Shown: positions 39,060 to 48,997, counted from the first letter of the stretch. The stretch: 64,000 nucleotides of DNA from Gemmatimonadota bacterium (GCA_037440225.1 JBBIUN010000011.1:20979-84978); one strand, 5' to 3'. Notes: generated by a model not told the origin, from the sequence alone. A program made the numbers and translations.

Positions 39060-41137
39060 CTCTTGTCGAGGACCGCCTTGCGGGACAGCCGCATCTTGCC
39101 CCGGCCGTCCACTTCCAGCAATTTGACCCGCACCCGGTCGCCCTTCTTGACCACGTCCTCGGTGCGCTCGGTGCGCCCGTGCTGCAGTTCCGAGATGTGC
39201 AGCAGCCCTTCCACCCCTGGCAGGATCTCGACAAACGCCCCAAAGGCGGTCGTGCTCTTCACCGTTCCCTCGTAAATCTTCCCCACCTCGGGCTCCTGCA
39301 CGATGGCGGCGATCATGTCTCGCGCCCGCTCGCCCGCCTCGCCGCTAGTGCTGGAGATGGTCACCAACCCGCTATCGTCCACGTTGATCTCCGCCCCGGT
39401 CTGATCCTGGATGCTGCGAATCGTTTTCCCCTTGGGCCCGATAATGTCCCCGATCCGATCCGGCTTGACCTGGAGCGTGATGATGCGGGGCGCATACTTG
39501 GACAAGGTGCTGCGCGGCTCGGCCAGGGTTTGCGCCATGACATCCAAAATGTGCAACCGCGCCTCCCGCGCCTCGTGCAGCGCCCGGCGCAGAATGTCGA
39601 GGCTCAAGCCCTGGATCTTGATGTCCATCTGGATCGCGGTCACCCCATCGCGCGTGCCCGCGACCTTGAAATCCATGTCCCCCAAATGATCCTCTGCGCC
39701 GAGGATGTCGGTCAGCACCGCAATCCGGTCACCTTCCTTGATCAACCCCATCGCCACCCCGGCGCACGCCGCCTTCATCGGCACCCCCGCGTCCATGAGG
39801 GCCAGCGAGCCCCCGCACACCGTGGCCATGGACGACGAGCCGTTGGACTCCAGAATGTCCGACACCACCCGGATGGTGTACGGGAACGCCTCGTACGGCG
39901 GCAGCAGGCCCTGCAGCGCCCGCTCGGCCAGGGCCCCGTGACCCACCTCCCGCCGCGAGACGCCCCGCACTGGACGCACTTCGCCGGTGGAAAATGGCGG
40001 AAAGTTGTAGTGCAGCATGAAGCTCTTGGTGGTCTCCTGGGCCACGTCCACCGTGTCAATCCGTTGCTCGTCCGAGACCGTGCCCAGCGTGGTGCTCACC
40101 AGCGCCTGCGTCTGGCCCCGCGTGAAGAGTGCCGAGCCGTGCGCCCGCGGTAGGATGCCCACCTCGCAACTGATCGGCCGCACCGTTTTCAAGTCGCGAC
40201 CGTCAATCCGCTCCCCGCGCTCCAACACCTGGCGCCGCATGGTCTCGTATTCGATCTCCTCCAACACGCCGCTGATCTCTTTGATGTTCTGCGGGAACTC
40301 GGCGGCCAATTGCTCCGTCACCGTCGCCCGCAACGCCGCCAGCGCCTGCGCCCGCTCCGCCTTCTCCGGCAGGTTCAACGCCTCCACCACCCGCTCCTCG
40401 GCCAAGTGCCGCACCCGCGCCACCAGCTCGGCGGGCGGCTCCACTTTGCTCCAGCTCATCTTGGTGACGCCCGCAGCGGCAATCAGCTCCTCCTGCATGG
40501 CCACGATCTCCGCAATCCCCTGCTGGGCGAACGCCAGCGCCGCCGCCACGTCGTCCTCCGGCAGCTCCAGCGCGCTGCCCTCCACCATGAGGATCGAGTC
40601 GCGGCTGCCCGCCACCACGATGTCCGCATCGCTGAGTTCGAGCTGCTGGAACGTGGGGTTCAACACCCACTGGCCCTCCACCCGCCCCACCCGCACCCCC
40701 GCGATAGGCCCGTTCCAGGGAACCGGCGACAACCCCAGCGCCAAAGACGCGCCCGTAATGCCCCACACGTCCGCGTCGTTCTCCTGGTCCGCCGAGAGCA
40801 CGTAGGCGAACACCTGCACCTCGTTCCGGAACCCCTCCGGAAACAACGGGCGGATCGCCCGATCCGCGAGCCGCGCCGCCAAGATCTCGTCGTCCGTAGG
40901 CCGCCCCTCCCGCTTGATGAAGCCGCCGGGAATCTTGCCCGCCGCATAGCTCTTCTCCCGGTACTCGACCGTGAGCGGAAAGAACGGCAACGACGACAGC
41001 TGTTCCGAAACCGTCACCGCGGCAAGCAGCATGGTCTCGCCGTACTGCACCAGGGCGCTGCCGGCCGCTTGCTTGGCCAGCCGGCCGGTCTCCAACCGCA
41101 GCACCCTGCCCCCAATCGTTCGTTCCAGACGCGTCAC
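39056..41137 (-). CDS. pnp: polyribonucleotide nucleotidyltransferase (PNPase)
   Basis: 693 aa. Two RNase PH domains plus KH (IGPKGKTIRSIQ) and S1 (GTVKSTTAFGAFVEI). GTG start. Confidence 0.95.
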   Translation of the reverse strand: MTRLERTIGGRVLRLETGRLAKQAAGSALVQYGETMLLAAVTVSEQLSSLPFFPLTVEYREKSYAAGKIPGGFIKREGRPTDDEILAARLADRAIRPLFPEGFRNEVQVFAYVLSADQENDADVWGITGASLALGLSPVPWNGPIAGVRVGRVEGQWVLNPTFQQLELSDADIVVAGSRDSILMVEGSALELPEDDVAAALAFAQQGIAEIVAMQEELIAAAGVTKMSWSKVEPPAELVARVRHLAEERVVEALNLPEKAERAQALAALRATVTEQLAAEFPQNIKEISGVLEEIEYETMRRQVLERGERIDGRDLKTVRPISCEVGILPRAHGSALFTRGQTQALVSTTLGTVSDEQRIDTVDVAQETTKSFMLHYNFPPFSTGEVRPVRGVSRREVGHGALAERALQGLLPPYEAFPYTIRVVSDILESNGSSSMATVCGGSLALMDAGVPMKAACAGVAMGLIKEGDRIAVLTDILGAEDHLGDMDFKVAGTRDGVTAIQMDIKIQGLSLDILRRALHEAREARLHILDVMAQTLAEPRSTLSKYAPRIITLQVKPDRIGDIIGPKGKTIRSIQDQTGAEINVDDSGLVTISSTSGEAGERARDMIAAIVQEPEVGKIYEGTVKSTTAFGAFVEILPGVEGLLHISELQHGRTERTEDVVKKGDRVRVKLLEVDGRGKMRLSRKAVLDKS

Positions 41138-41159
41138 AAAGACATCCTTCGACAGCTGT

Positions 41160-41199
41160 GAGCACCCTCGGCCAATGCGCCGAGGCGCCCGGGGTGCTC
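41160..41199 (-). promoter_or_regulatory. 13-bp interrupted hairpin in the pnp 5' leader
   Basis: The minus strand reads GAGCACCC-(8-nt bulge)-TCGGC-GCATTG-GCCGA-GGGTGCTC and ends 22 nt before the pnp GTG. Confidence 0.3.
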
Positions 41200-41401
41200 G
41201 TCCCGGACGCCTCGCTGATCAGAACCTACATGCCCCCTGCACGGCAACCCGGCCCTTGACGGTCCCCGTACGGCCGGATGCGAACCCCCATCGCAGCGCC
41301 GGCCACCCGGGCCCATGACCTGCCCGGACCGCGCAGGCTGCCCCCGCGGCCCCTCCCGCTCCCAGCTGCCGCCCGGCGCCCGGCGGGCTCGGACCGCCCC
41401 A

Positions 41402-41665
41402 CTAGTGGCGCAAGCCCAGCTCATCAATGAGCTGGCGATAACCTGCCAGGTCCGTGCGCTTGAGATACTCCAGGAGCCGCCGGCGCTTGCTCACCATCAT
41501 GAGCAGGCCGCGCCGGCCGTGATGGTCCTTGGGATGGGTCCGGAAGTGGTCGGTCAAGGCGTTGATCCGCTGGGTGAGCAGCGCCACCTGCAGCCGGGCC
41601 GAACCGGTGTCCGTGGGACCCACACGGTACTTGGCGATGACCGCCTGCTTGTCAATCCCCGTCAA
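41402..41665 (-). CDS. rpsO: 30S ribosomal protein S15
   Basis: DTGSARLQVALLTQRINALTDHF..H.KDHHGRRGLL..V.KRRRLL.YL is classic S15. The track start is TTG 41680, but the second TTG at 41665 has a perfect GGAGGA 7 nt upstream and gives an 87-aa protein. Confidence 0.9.
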   Translation of the reverse strand: MTGIDKQAVIAKYRVGPTDTGSARLQVALLTQRINALTDHFRTHPKDHHGRRGLLMMVSKRRRLLEYLKRTDLAGYRQLIDELGLRH

Positions 41666-41730
41666 CGGTGTATCCTCCAACAGCGCGGGCCGGTGGCCCG
41701 GTCAGATTATCCATATTGGTGCAGCATGGG

Positions 41731-41759
41731 AATTTAGCCCCTGTCTCCCACCCTGTAAA
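41731..41759 (-). promoter_or_regulatory. candidate rpsO promoter (TTTACA-N17-TAAATT)
   Basis: On the minus strand: -35 at 41759-41754, -10 at 41736-41731. The -35 lies 7 nt from the divergent kinase ATG. Confidence 0.5.
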
Positions 41760-41765
41760 GCCAGC

Positions 41766-42749
41766 ATGCTCGACCCCGAACACCTGCTGGGCCGCACCGT
41801 AGGCGCTTATACCGTGGACCGCCTCATCGGCCAGGGGGGCTTCGCCTGGGTGTTCGCCGCCCACCGCGCCCCCGACAACACCCCCGTGGCCCTCAAGGTG
41901 CTCAAGCCCCGCTACGCCGGCGATCCCCAGTTCGAGACCCGCTTCCGCAACGAGGCCCGGGTAGCCTCGGAACTCCGCCACCCGAACATCGTCCGCATCC
42001 TGGACGTCGGCAAAGCCGGTGACATCACCTACTTCGCCATGGATTTGTACCCGGACTCGCTGGCTCACCGCCTGGCCCGAAGCGGACCGCTGAGCGAGCC
42101 CGACCTGCTGCGCGTGGCCCGCGACGTGGCCCAGGCCCTCGCCTTCGCCCATGCCACCGGCGTCATCCACCGCGACATCAAGGTGGACAACGTGCTCTTC
42201 ACTGCCGACGGGACCGCCGTGATCACCGACTTCGGCATCGCGCGCGCCATCTCCGGCTACGCCACGGCCACCGGGGTCAACATGACCATCGGCACCCCGC
42301 ACTACGTCTCCCCGGAACAAGCCCAAGGCCGGCGCCTCGACGGCCGCAGCGATCTGTACGCCCTGGGGGTTACCCTCTACAAAGCGGCCACCGGCGAACT
42401 GCCGTTTCGCTCCGACGACTGGTTCGAACTGGCGCGCATGCACGTGGAAGAGCCCCCCGCGCCTCCCCGCCGGCTCCGCCCCGACCTCTCCCGGCGCACC
42501 GAGCGCATCATCCTCCGCTGCCTCGCCAAGCACCCCGACGATCGCTACCCCTCCGCCGAGGACCTCCTGGCTGACCTCGCGCAGCTCCAGCGCGAAAGCC
42601 GCGCCACCGAAACCTTTGGCCTGGCCCCTGCGGCACTGCCTGCCCTGAGCCAGCCCAGCAACCGCCTGAGCCGCTGGCTCCTGCCGCTCGCCGCCTTGGC
42701 CGTGGTGGTCCTGGTCGCCTTGCTCGTGATATGGATCGGCCGGCGCTGA
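41766..42749 (+). CDS. Hanks-type serine/threonine protein kinase with C-terminal TM anchor
   Basis: The track ORF is trimmed to the ATG at 41766. GQGGFAWVF...ALKVL, HRDIKVDNVL, DFGIA, GTPHYVSPEQ. C-terminal helix WLLPLAALAVVVLVALLVIW. Confidence 0.88.
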   Translation: MLDPEHLLGRTVGAYTVDRLIGQGGFAWVFAAHRAPDNTPVALKVLKPRYAGDPQFETRFRNEARVASELRHPNIVRILDVGKAGDITYFAMDLYPDSLAHRLARSGPLSEPDLLRVARDVAQALAFAHATGVIHRDIKVDNVLFTADGTAVITDFGIARAISGYATATGVNMTIGTPHYVSPEQAQGRRLDGRSDLYALGVTLYKAATGELPFRSDDWFELARMHVEEPPAPPRRLRPDLSRRTERIILRCLAKHPDDRYPSAEDLLADLAQLQRESRATETFGLAPAALPALSQPSNRLSRWLLPLAALAVVVLVALLVIWIGRR

Positions 42750-42759
42750 AGCCGCTGCC

Positions 42760-44139
42760 TCAGCCGCCGAAGACCCGCAACAGATCGTTGGTGAGCGCTA
42801 AGAGCATGATCCCCACCAGCAGAGCGACGCCCACCTGACTCAACCGGATGCGCACCGCCCGCGACAGCGGGCGGCCCCGGGCCGCCTCCGCCAGCAGGAA
42901 GACCAACCGCCCCCCATCCAGCACCGGAATCGGCAGCAGGTTCAAGACCGCCAGGTTGATCGAAAACAACGCGATGAACGCGAGAAAGGGCTGAAGGCCC
43001 ACCTGGGCCATCTGACCCGAGAGCTGGCCGATGAAGATGGGCCCGCCCAGCTCGCGAGGAGAAACCCGCCCGAGCACCAGCCCCTTGACCGCAAAGACCA
43101 CGAGGCTCGCATCCGCCCAGGCGCGCCGCGTGGCCTGCCGCATCGAACCCCACACCCCATAGCGCACCTGCCGGGCCGCAATAGCCGGCCCCACTCCGAT
43201 CTTGCCCACCGTACGATAGCCCCCGGCCACGAGATCGGTGTCCTGCTCGGCCACCGGCACCAGAGAGACGGTGAACACGGAATCCCCGCGTGCCACTCGG
43301 AGGACCACGCTGTCGCCCGGGTGGCTCTCGATGACCTGCACGAACTCGTGCCAATACCGCAGAGTGTCGGAACCCGCGGCCACCACCAAATCGCCCACGC
43401 GCAGGCCGGAAGCCGCGGCCGGGCGGCCAGGCGCGAGGTAGCCGAGGCGCGGCGCCCAGGCCGGCTTCAACGCCCGCAGCAACCGCATCCGATCCTCCGC
43501 CGCGGTGCCGCGGATCGGCACCCGTACGGGCGAAAGCAGCCCCGCAAATTCGATGGCCAGCTCGTCGCTCGAAGGGTTCAGCACCGCAGCTTGGACCGCG
43601 TTCCACGACCCCACGGTGTTTGCGTTGATCCGCACGATCGTCGCGGGGTAGCTGAGTTGGCCCAGCGCTTGGGCGCCGGCGGGAAGGAGGGCCGGCTCGA
43701 CGGCCGCCACGGTGGTGGTAGGATCTTCCTCAGCCCCGAACACCGCCGCCAGGCCGAAGTAGAGCAGCCAGGCAAACAGCGCGTTCATAGCCACCCCGGC
43801 CACGATCACCACGGTACGCGCCCACAAGGGCTTGTTCTCGAAGACCTGATCCCGCGGGAAGGCCCGCGCCTGGCTCCCTCCCTCCAGCACCCGCATCCCC
43901 TGCGCTTCCTCCAGCGCCTCCTCTTCGCTGGCCATGGCCACGTATCCGCCAAACGGAAACCAGGAAACCACGTACTCGGTGCTCCCGCGGCGGAATCGCA
44001 GCGGTGTGGCCGGCCCGAACCCGATGGAAAACCGGATCACCCCTACGCCGGTGGCCTTGGCGGCGAGGAAATGCCCCACCTCGTGAACGAAAATCACCAC
44101 GCCCAACACCACGACCGCGGCTGCCAGGGTCAGGAGCAC
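42760..44139 (-). CDS. rseP: RIP site-2 metalloprotease RseP (M50) with PDZ domain
   Basis: HEVGHFLAAK (HExxH) and the LNLLPIPVLDGG motif. Start is at GTG 44139 or the track GTG 44166; both overlap the dxr 3' end. Confidence 0.88.
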   Translation of the reverse strand: MLLTLAAAVVVLGVVIFVHEVGHFLAAKATGVGVIRFSIGFGPATPLRFRRGSTEYVVSWFPFGGYVAMASEEEALEEAQGMRVLEGGSQARAFPRDQVFENKPLWARTVVIVAGVAMNALFAWLLYFGLAAVFGAEEDPTTTVAAVEPALLPAGAQALGQLSYPATIVRINANTVGSWNAVQAAVLNPSSDELAIEFAGLLSPVRVPIRGTAAEDRMRLLRALKPAWAPRLGYLAPGRPAAASGLRVGDLVVAAGSDTLRYWHEFVQVIESHPGDSVVLRVARGDSVFTVSLVPVAEQDTDLVAGGYRTVGKIGVGPAIAARQVRYGVWGSMRQATRRAWADASLVVFAVKGLVLGRVSPRELGGPIFIGQLSGQMAQVGLQPFLAFIALFSINLAVLNLLPIPVLDGGRLVFLLAEAARGRPLSRAVRIRLSQVGVALLVGIMLLALTNDLLRVFGG

Positions 44140-45260
44140 TGGACCTCCGCTTCCTGACGCGCCCACGCATCCGCCGCCAGCACGGTCTCGAGATCGGTGG
44201 CCGGACCGGGCCGGTGCGCCTGCAGCACCGCGTCAATGGTCTCGCTGATCGCGCCGAAGCGCACCCGTCCCTTGAGAAAGGCGTGTACCGCCACCTCGTT
44301 GGCCGCATTGAAGACCGTGGCGCTGGTGCCGCCCGCCCGTCCCGCCGCCACTCCCAGGTCGAACGCGGGGAAGGCTCCGGGCCTAAGCGGCTCGAAGGTG
44401 AGCGGGCTCGCCGCCACCGGGTCGAAACGCGGCACCCCGTCGTCGGGCACCCGATCCGGGTACGTGAGCGCGTACAGAATGGGCAGCTCCATCGAGGGAA
44501 ACCCGAGCTGGGCCACCACCGACCCGTCGGCGAACTCGGTCAGCGCGTGCACCACCGACTGCGGGTGCAGCACTACCTCGATCCGGTCGAACGGCAGGCC
44601 GAAGAGGAAATGCCCCTCGATCACCTCCAGCGCCTTGTTAGCCAAAGTGGCGCTGTCCACCGTGATCTTGGGCCCCATCCGCCAGGTCGGATGATTCAGC
44701 GCCTCCGCCACCGTGGCCCGGGAGACGCGCTCGGGCGGCCAGGAGCGAAAGGGCCCCCCCGAGGCGGTCAGGATCAAGCGCTCCAGTGGCCGGCCCCCTG
44801 CCGCCATCAAGCATTGCAAGGCCGCACTGTGCTCCGAATCAATGGGGACGATCTCGCCTCGGCCCTCGCGGGCGGCGCACAACACCAGCTCGCCCGCCAT
44901 GACCAGGGTTTCCTTGTTGGCCAGCGCCACGCGCTTGCCCGCCCGCAGCGCCGCCAACGTGGCTTCCAGCCCCGCAGCCCCCACGACTGCGTTGATCACG
45001 ATGCGGACCTCCGGATGGGTCGCCGCCTCGATCAGGCACTGCGGGCCGCTTGCCCAGCCCAAGGCCCGCTCCCGCGCCCCAGCTTGGACCAGCCCCACGA
45101 ACTCAGCTCCGGTCTCCTCCGCCTGGCGCCTCAAGAGTTCCGCCGAACCGTGGGCGGTGAGCGCCACCACGCGGAAACGCTCGCGCTGCCGGGCCAGCAC
45201 CCTCAGCGCCGCCGTACCGATCGAGCCGGTCGAGCCCAGGACCGCGACGCCCACCGTCAT
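44130..45260 (-). CDS. dxr: 1-deoxy-D-xylulose-5-phosphate reductoisomerase
   Basis: The track ORF is trimmed to the ATG at 45260 (ATGA overlap with cdsA). VAVLGSTGSIGT, LANKE, IDSEHSA, HPxWxMG (HPTWRMG). Confidence 0.93.
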   Translation of the reverse strand: MTVGVAVLGSTGSIGTAALRVLARQRERFRVVALTAHGSAELLRRQAEETGAEFVGLVQAGARERALGWASGPQCLIEAATHPEVRIVINAVVGAAGLEATLAALRAGKRVALANKETLVMAGELVLCAAREGRGEIVPIDSEHSAALQCLMAAGGRPLERLILTASGGPFRSWPPERVSRATVAEALNHPTWRMGPKITVDSATLANKALEVIEGHFLFGLPFDRIEVVLHPQSVVHALTEFADGSVVAQLGFPSMELPILYALTYPDRVPDDGVPRFDPVAASPLTFEPLRPGAFPAFDLGVAAGRAGGTSATVFNAANEVAVHAFLKGRVRFGAISETIDAVLQAHRPGPATDLETVLAADAWARQEAEVQCS

Positions 45261-46117
45261 AGGACTTTTCCCGCCCACAAGAGCCCGGTCACGACCGGGA
45301 TGTTCCAATACAGCGAGTCCAGCCGGTCCAACACCCCTCCATGGCCCGGAAGCAGAGCCCCCGAGTCCTTGACCCCCGCTTCGCGCTTGAAGAGGGATTC
45401 AGCCACATCGCCGAGTTGCCCCAAGGTCGCCACGGCCACCCCGCAGGCCAGCAAGAGGGTCCCAGATACTGATACCCCCGACGGGCCCAGGACCCAACGT
45501 CCATAGAGCGGGGCCGCTAGCGCGGCGGCGGCCGCCCCTGCCAGAGCCCCTGCCCACGTCTTGGCCGGACTGAGCAGGGGCGCGAGCTTCCGCCCCCCGA
45601 TCATGACGCCGCCCGCCATGGCCCCGGTGTCACAAATCCAGGTCAGCACCAGCGGCAGGCCGGCCAGCGCGGTGCCGGCCCATGCCCCGGTCGCTCCGGC
45701 AGGATAGCGCAGCCACAGCAGGAAGGCGGGCAGCCCCCCAGCGTACAGGGCGCCGAACACCGTGATCCCCACGGCCGCCATGGGCCCGTGGTCCGGGCGC
45801 CTGAGGACGGTGGCAACTCCTTGCACGGCCAAGAGCCAGAGCGCAGCCATCAAGGCGAGCCCCTGCCAGCCGATGGCCCCGCCCGCAGGATGCACCATCC
45901 AGGTCCCCACCGGCCCCAGAGCCGCTCCCAGCGCGCCGGCCGCCCGCAGCGGCCGGTGACCCCGGGACGCGGCTAACCGGTAGAACTCCAGCGCCCCCAG
46001 CACGCCCAGGGCGGCCAGGGCCCACGCCAGGATCCAGGCACCGAGGTATAACAGCGCGATGGTGGCGGGGATGCCGATGGCCGCAACCAGGATGCGCCGC
46101 GCCAGGTGGTGGGCCAT
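45257..46117 (-). CDS. cdsA: phosphatidate cytidylyltransferase
   Basis: 286 aa, polytopic. C-terminal CTP-transferase signature SLFKREAGVKDSGALLPGHGGVLDRLDS. Confidence 0.88.
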   Translation of the reverse strand: MAHHLARRILVAAIGIPATIALLYLGAWILAWALAALGVLGALEFYRLAASRGHRPLRAAGALGAALGPVGTWMVHPAGGAIGWQGLALMAALWLLAVQGVATVLRRPDHGPMAAVGITVFGALYAGGLPAFLLWLRYPAGATGAWAGTALAGLPLVLTWICDTGAMAGGVMIGGRKLAPLLSPAKTWAGALAGAAAAALAAPLYGRWVLGPSGVSVSGTLLLACGVAVATLGQLGDVAESLFKREAGVKDSGALLPGHGGVLDRLDSLYWNIPVVTGLLWAGKVL

Positions 46118-46128
46118 CGGAGGAGCGC

Positions 46129-46692
46129 TCAGACCTCCATGATCTCTTGTTCTTTGGCTTTGAGCAGCGCGTCCACTTGCTTGATGGCGTCGTCGTGCAG
46201 CTTCTGGACTTCCTTCTCCGCGCGGCGCTTGTCGTCATCGGAGACGTGCTCGGTCTTCTTGATCTGGGCGACCGCTTCGGTCCGCGCATGGCGCACGGCG
46301 ACCCGGCCTTCCTCGGCCAGCTTGTGCACCACGCGCACCAGCTCCCGGCGCCGCTCTTCGGTCAGCGGAGGCAACGGCAGGCGGATCACCGAGCCGTCGT
46401 TCGACGGGTTGAGCCCGAGGTCGGAGGCCCGCAGCGCCTTCTCGACCGCGCCGATCAGCGAGCGATCCCACGGCTGGACCGTGAGCAGCCGCGGCTCCGG
46501 TGCGGCAATGCTGGCCACCTGATTGAGCGGCAGGTGCTGGCCATAAGCCTCCACGCGCACCGTATCCAGCAGGCTGGTGGTAGCCTTGCCGCTGCGAATG
46601 GACGCCAGCTCCCGCTTGGTGCTCTCCACCGCCTTGTGCATGGCGTCTCTGGCGTGCCTGGTGATTTCCGGCAGGGTGGTCGGCGTGCTCAT
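46129..46692 (-). CDS. frr: ribosome recycling factor
   Basis: This is the last 187 aa of track ORF 46129-47694 (ATG 46692, ATGA overlap with pyrH). LASIRSGKA...[30 protein letters not shown]. Confidence 0.95.
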   Translation of the reverse strand: MSTPTTLPEITRHARDAMHKAVESTKRELASIRSGKATTSLLDTVRVEAYGQHLPLNQVASIAAPEPRLLTVQPWDRSLIGAVEKALRASDLGLNPSNDGSVIRLPLPPLTEERRRELVRVVHKLAEEGRVAVRHARTEAVAQIKKTEHVSDDDKRRAEKEVQKLHDDAIKQVDALLKAKEQEIMEV

Positions 46693-47402
46693 CGGACGAG
46701 GGTGCCGACGCGCTCTCCCGCCAGAACCCTGGCGATCGCGCCGGGCTGGTTGACGTTCATGACCACGATGGGTAACCCGTTTTCCTTGCACAGCCCGAAG
46801 GCGTTGGCGTCCATGACCGCCAGGCCCCGGACCAAGACTTCCTGGAAGCTGATCTCCGGAATGAACTGGGCGCTGGGATCCCGCTTGGGATCGGCCGTGT
46901 ACACCCCGTCCACGCCGGTCGCTTTGATGATCACCTGGGCCTCGATCTCCAGAGCCCGCAACGCGGCGGCGGTGTCGGTGGAAAAGTAAGGATTGCCCGT
47001 TCCCCCCGCGAACAAGACGATCCGGCCCTTTTCCAAATGGCGCTGGGCCCGCCGGCGAATGTAGGGCTCCGCCAGCTCCTCCATGCGGATCGCCGTCATC
47101 ACCCGGGTCTCCACCCCCTTGCGCTCCAGGATGTCCTGCAGCGCCAGGGCATTGATCACCGTGGCCAGCATACCCATGTAGTCGGCCGATACCCGGTCCA
47201 TGCCCTGGCGGCTGGCCGTGGTGCCCCGGATAATATTGCCTCCCCCGATCACCAGGCCCAGTCCCGCCCCCAGGGCGTGCACCGCCTTGAGTTCGTCGCT
47301 CAGCCGATCCACCACGCCGAAATCGATGCCAAAGCCGCGCTCTCCTGCCAGCGACTCGCCGGAGAGCTTGATCAACGCCCGCCGGTAGCAGAGCGGGCTC
47401 AC
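46689..47402 (-). CDS. pyrH: UMP kinase
   Basis: This is the last 237 aa of the track ORF (GTG 47402, GTGA overlap with tsf). [36 protein letters not shown]. Confidence 0.93.
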   Translation of the reverse strand: MSPLCYRRALIKLSGESLAGERGFGIDFGVVDRLSDELKAVHALGAGLGLVIGGGNIIRGTTASRQGMDRVSADYMGMLATVINALALQDILERKGVETRVMTAIRMEELAEPYIRRRAQRHLEKGRIVLFAGGTGNPYFSTDTAAALRALEIEAQVIIKATGVDGVYTADPKRDPSAQFIPEISFQEVLVRGLAVMDANAFGLCKENGLPIVVMNVNQPGAIARVLAGERVGTLVR

Positions 47403-48004
47403 GCCTCGCCCAACTGGTATCGCACGAAGCGGCGGACCACCACGTTCTCGCCCACTTTGCCGGATACCGCTTTGACCAACTGGCCGACCGTCTGCTTGTC
47501 GTCCTTGACGAACGGCTGCTCCAACAGCACCCGCTCCTGATAAAACTTCTTGAGCTTGCCCTCGACGATCTTGTCCCACACCGCTTCCGGCTTGCCGGAC
47601 TCGGCGGCCTGGGCGCGGAAGATGGCTCGCTCGCGCTCCAGCACCTCCGCCGGTACATCGTCCACCGAGACGGCGATCGGATCCGCCGATGCAATGTGCA
47701 GCGCCAGATCCCGCACCAGAGCCTGGAAGTCGCCCGTCCGCGCCACGAAATCGGTCTCGCAGTTGACCTCCACCAGCACCCCCACCTTGCCGTTGAAGTG
47801 CACGTAGCTGCCGATCAATCCTTCCGTGGCACCCCGCCCGGCGCGCTTCTCCGCCTTGGCAATGCCCTTCTTGCGCAGCAGGTCCACCGCCTTCTCCATG
47901 TCCCCGTTCGCTTCGGTCAGGGCCTGCTTGCAATCCATCATGCCCGCGCCGGTGCGCGCCCGCAGCGCCGCCACATCCTTCGCCGATATCGTTCCCGTGG
48001 CCAT
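47399..48004 (-). CDS. tsf: translation elongation factor Ts (short form)
   Basis: 201 aa. [19 protein letters not shown]-like N-terminus, [13 protein letters not shown]. Confidence 0.93.
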   Translation of the reverse strand: MATGTISAKDVAALRARTGAGMMDCKQALTEANGDMEKAVDLLRKKGIAKAEKRAGRGATEGLIGSYVHFNGKVGVLVEVNCETDFVARTGDFQALVRDLALHIASADPIAVSVDDVPAEVLERERAIFRAQAAESGKPEAVWDKIVEGKLKKFYQERVLLEQPFVKDDKQTVGQLVKAVSGKVGENVVVRRFVRYQLGEA

Positions 48005-48109
48005 AACCCGCCTGTCTGCTCCTTGGGTCCCTATGTGAAAACCGCCGCCTCCGAACCGTACCCTCCGGTTCCAGAGCGGCGGCCTGTTTGCCTGAGCCTC
48101 CCCGGACGC

Positions 48110-48997
48110 CTAACCCTCCGGCGCCTCGGCGGGCTCCCCGCCCTCGCCCTCCGCCGGCGGCTCGCTCTTCAGCCGCGCCACGATGGCTTCCGGCTTGGGC
48201 CGCCGCCGCCGCTTCACCCGCCGCCGCTTGCGCCGCTCCTCGTCTTCCCCCTCGCTCCCGGTGTCGGTGCTGTAGGTGTATGCCTCGCCTTCCTCGGCCG
48301 CCTCCCGGAGCGGGGCCTGGGCCCGCGCCTCCGCGATCACGTCCACCAAGGCCCGCGTGATCAGCGACACCGACCGAATGGCATCATCGTTGCCCGGGAT
48401 AGGCACCGTGATCAGATCCGGATCGGCATTGGTATCCACGATGGCCACCACCGGAATACCCAGCTTGTTCGCCTCCGCGATGGCGATCCGCTCCTTCTTG
48501 GCGTCCACCACGTACAGCGCGCCCGGCAGGCGGTTCATCTGCTTGATGCCCTCCAGGTACCGGTTCAGCTTCACGCGCTCGCGCTCGAACAGCAGTTGCT
48601 CCTTCTTGGTGAAGAACTCGTAGGCCCCGTCTTCCAAGCCCTGCTCGATCTCCTTCAGCCGGGTAATCTGGCGCTTGATGGTGTGGAAATTGGTCAGCAT
48701 CCCCCCCAGCCAGCGCTCCGTCACCCAGAACGCTCCGCAGCGCTGCGCTTCGGCTTGGATGATGGCCTTGAGCTGCTTCTTGGTGCAAACGAACAGCACC
48801 CCCTCGCCCCGCAGCACCACACTGCGCATCAGCTCCTGCGCCGCCTGCAGCTGGTGCAACGTCTTCTGGAGGTCGATGAGGTAGATCCCCGAGCGCTCGG
48901 CGAAGATGAACCGGCGCATCTTGGGATTCCACCGCCGCGTCTGGTGACCAAAATGGACGCCGGCTTCGAGCAGATCTTGCAACTGCGGCTGCGTCAT
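48110..48997 (-). CDS. rpsB: 30S ribosomal protein S2 with long charged C-terminal tail
   Basis: The track ORF is trimmed to the ATG at 48997. [27 protein letters not shown]. The last ~65 aa form an acidic/basic low-complexity tail ([20 protein letters not shown]...). Confidence 0.93.
   Translation of the reverse strand: MTQPQLQDLLEAGVHFGHQTRRWNPKMRRFIFAERSGIYLIDLQKTLHQLQAAQELMRSVVLRGEGVLFVCTKKQLKAIIQAEAQRCGAFWVTERWLGGMLTNFHTIKRQITRLKEIEQGLEDGAYEFFTKKEQLLFERERVKLNRYLEGIKQMNRLPGALYVVDAKKERIAIAEANKLGIPVVAIVDTNADPDLITVPIPGNDDAIRSVSLITRALVDVIAEARAQAPLREAAEEGEAYTYSTDTGSEGEDEERRKRRRVKRRRRPKPEAIVARLKSEPPAEGEGGEPAEAPEG

Noticed and set aside
41690-41765. Promoter for the Ser/Thr kinase gene
   Set aside because: I looked for a TTGnnn-N17-TAnnnT element on the plus strand upstream of ATG 41766. 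I found only weak matches (for example TGTAAA 6 nt before the ATG, with no credible -35). It is left unannotated.
46693-47933. Long 5' extensions of the frr and pyrH ORFs (track ORFs 46129-47694 and 46689-47933)
   Set aside because: The extensions overlap pyrH and tsf respectively in other frames. The conserved Frr and PyrH sequences begin at ATG 46692 and GTG 47402, which sit in ATGA and GTGA overlaps.
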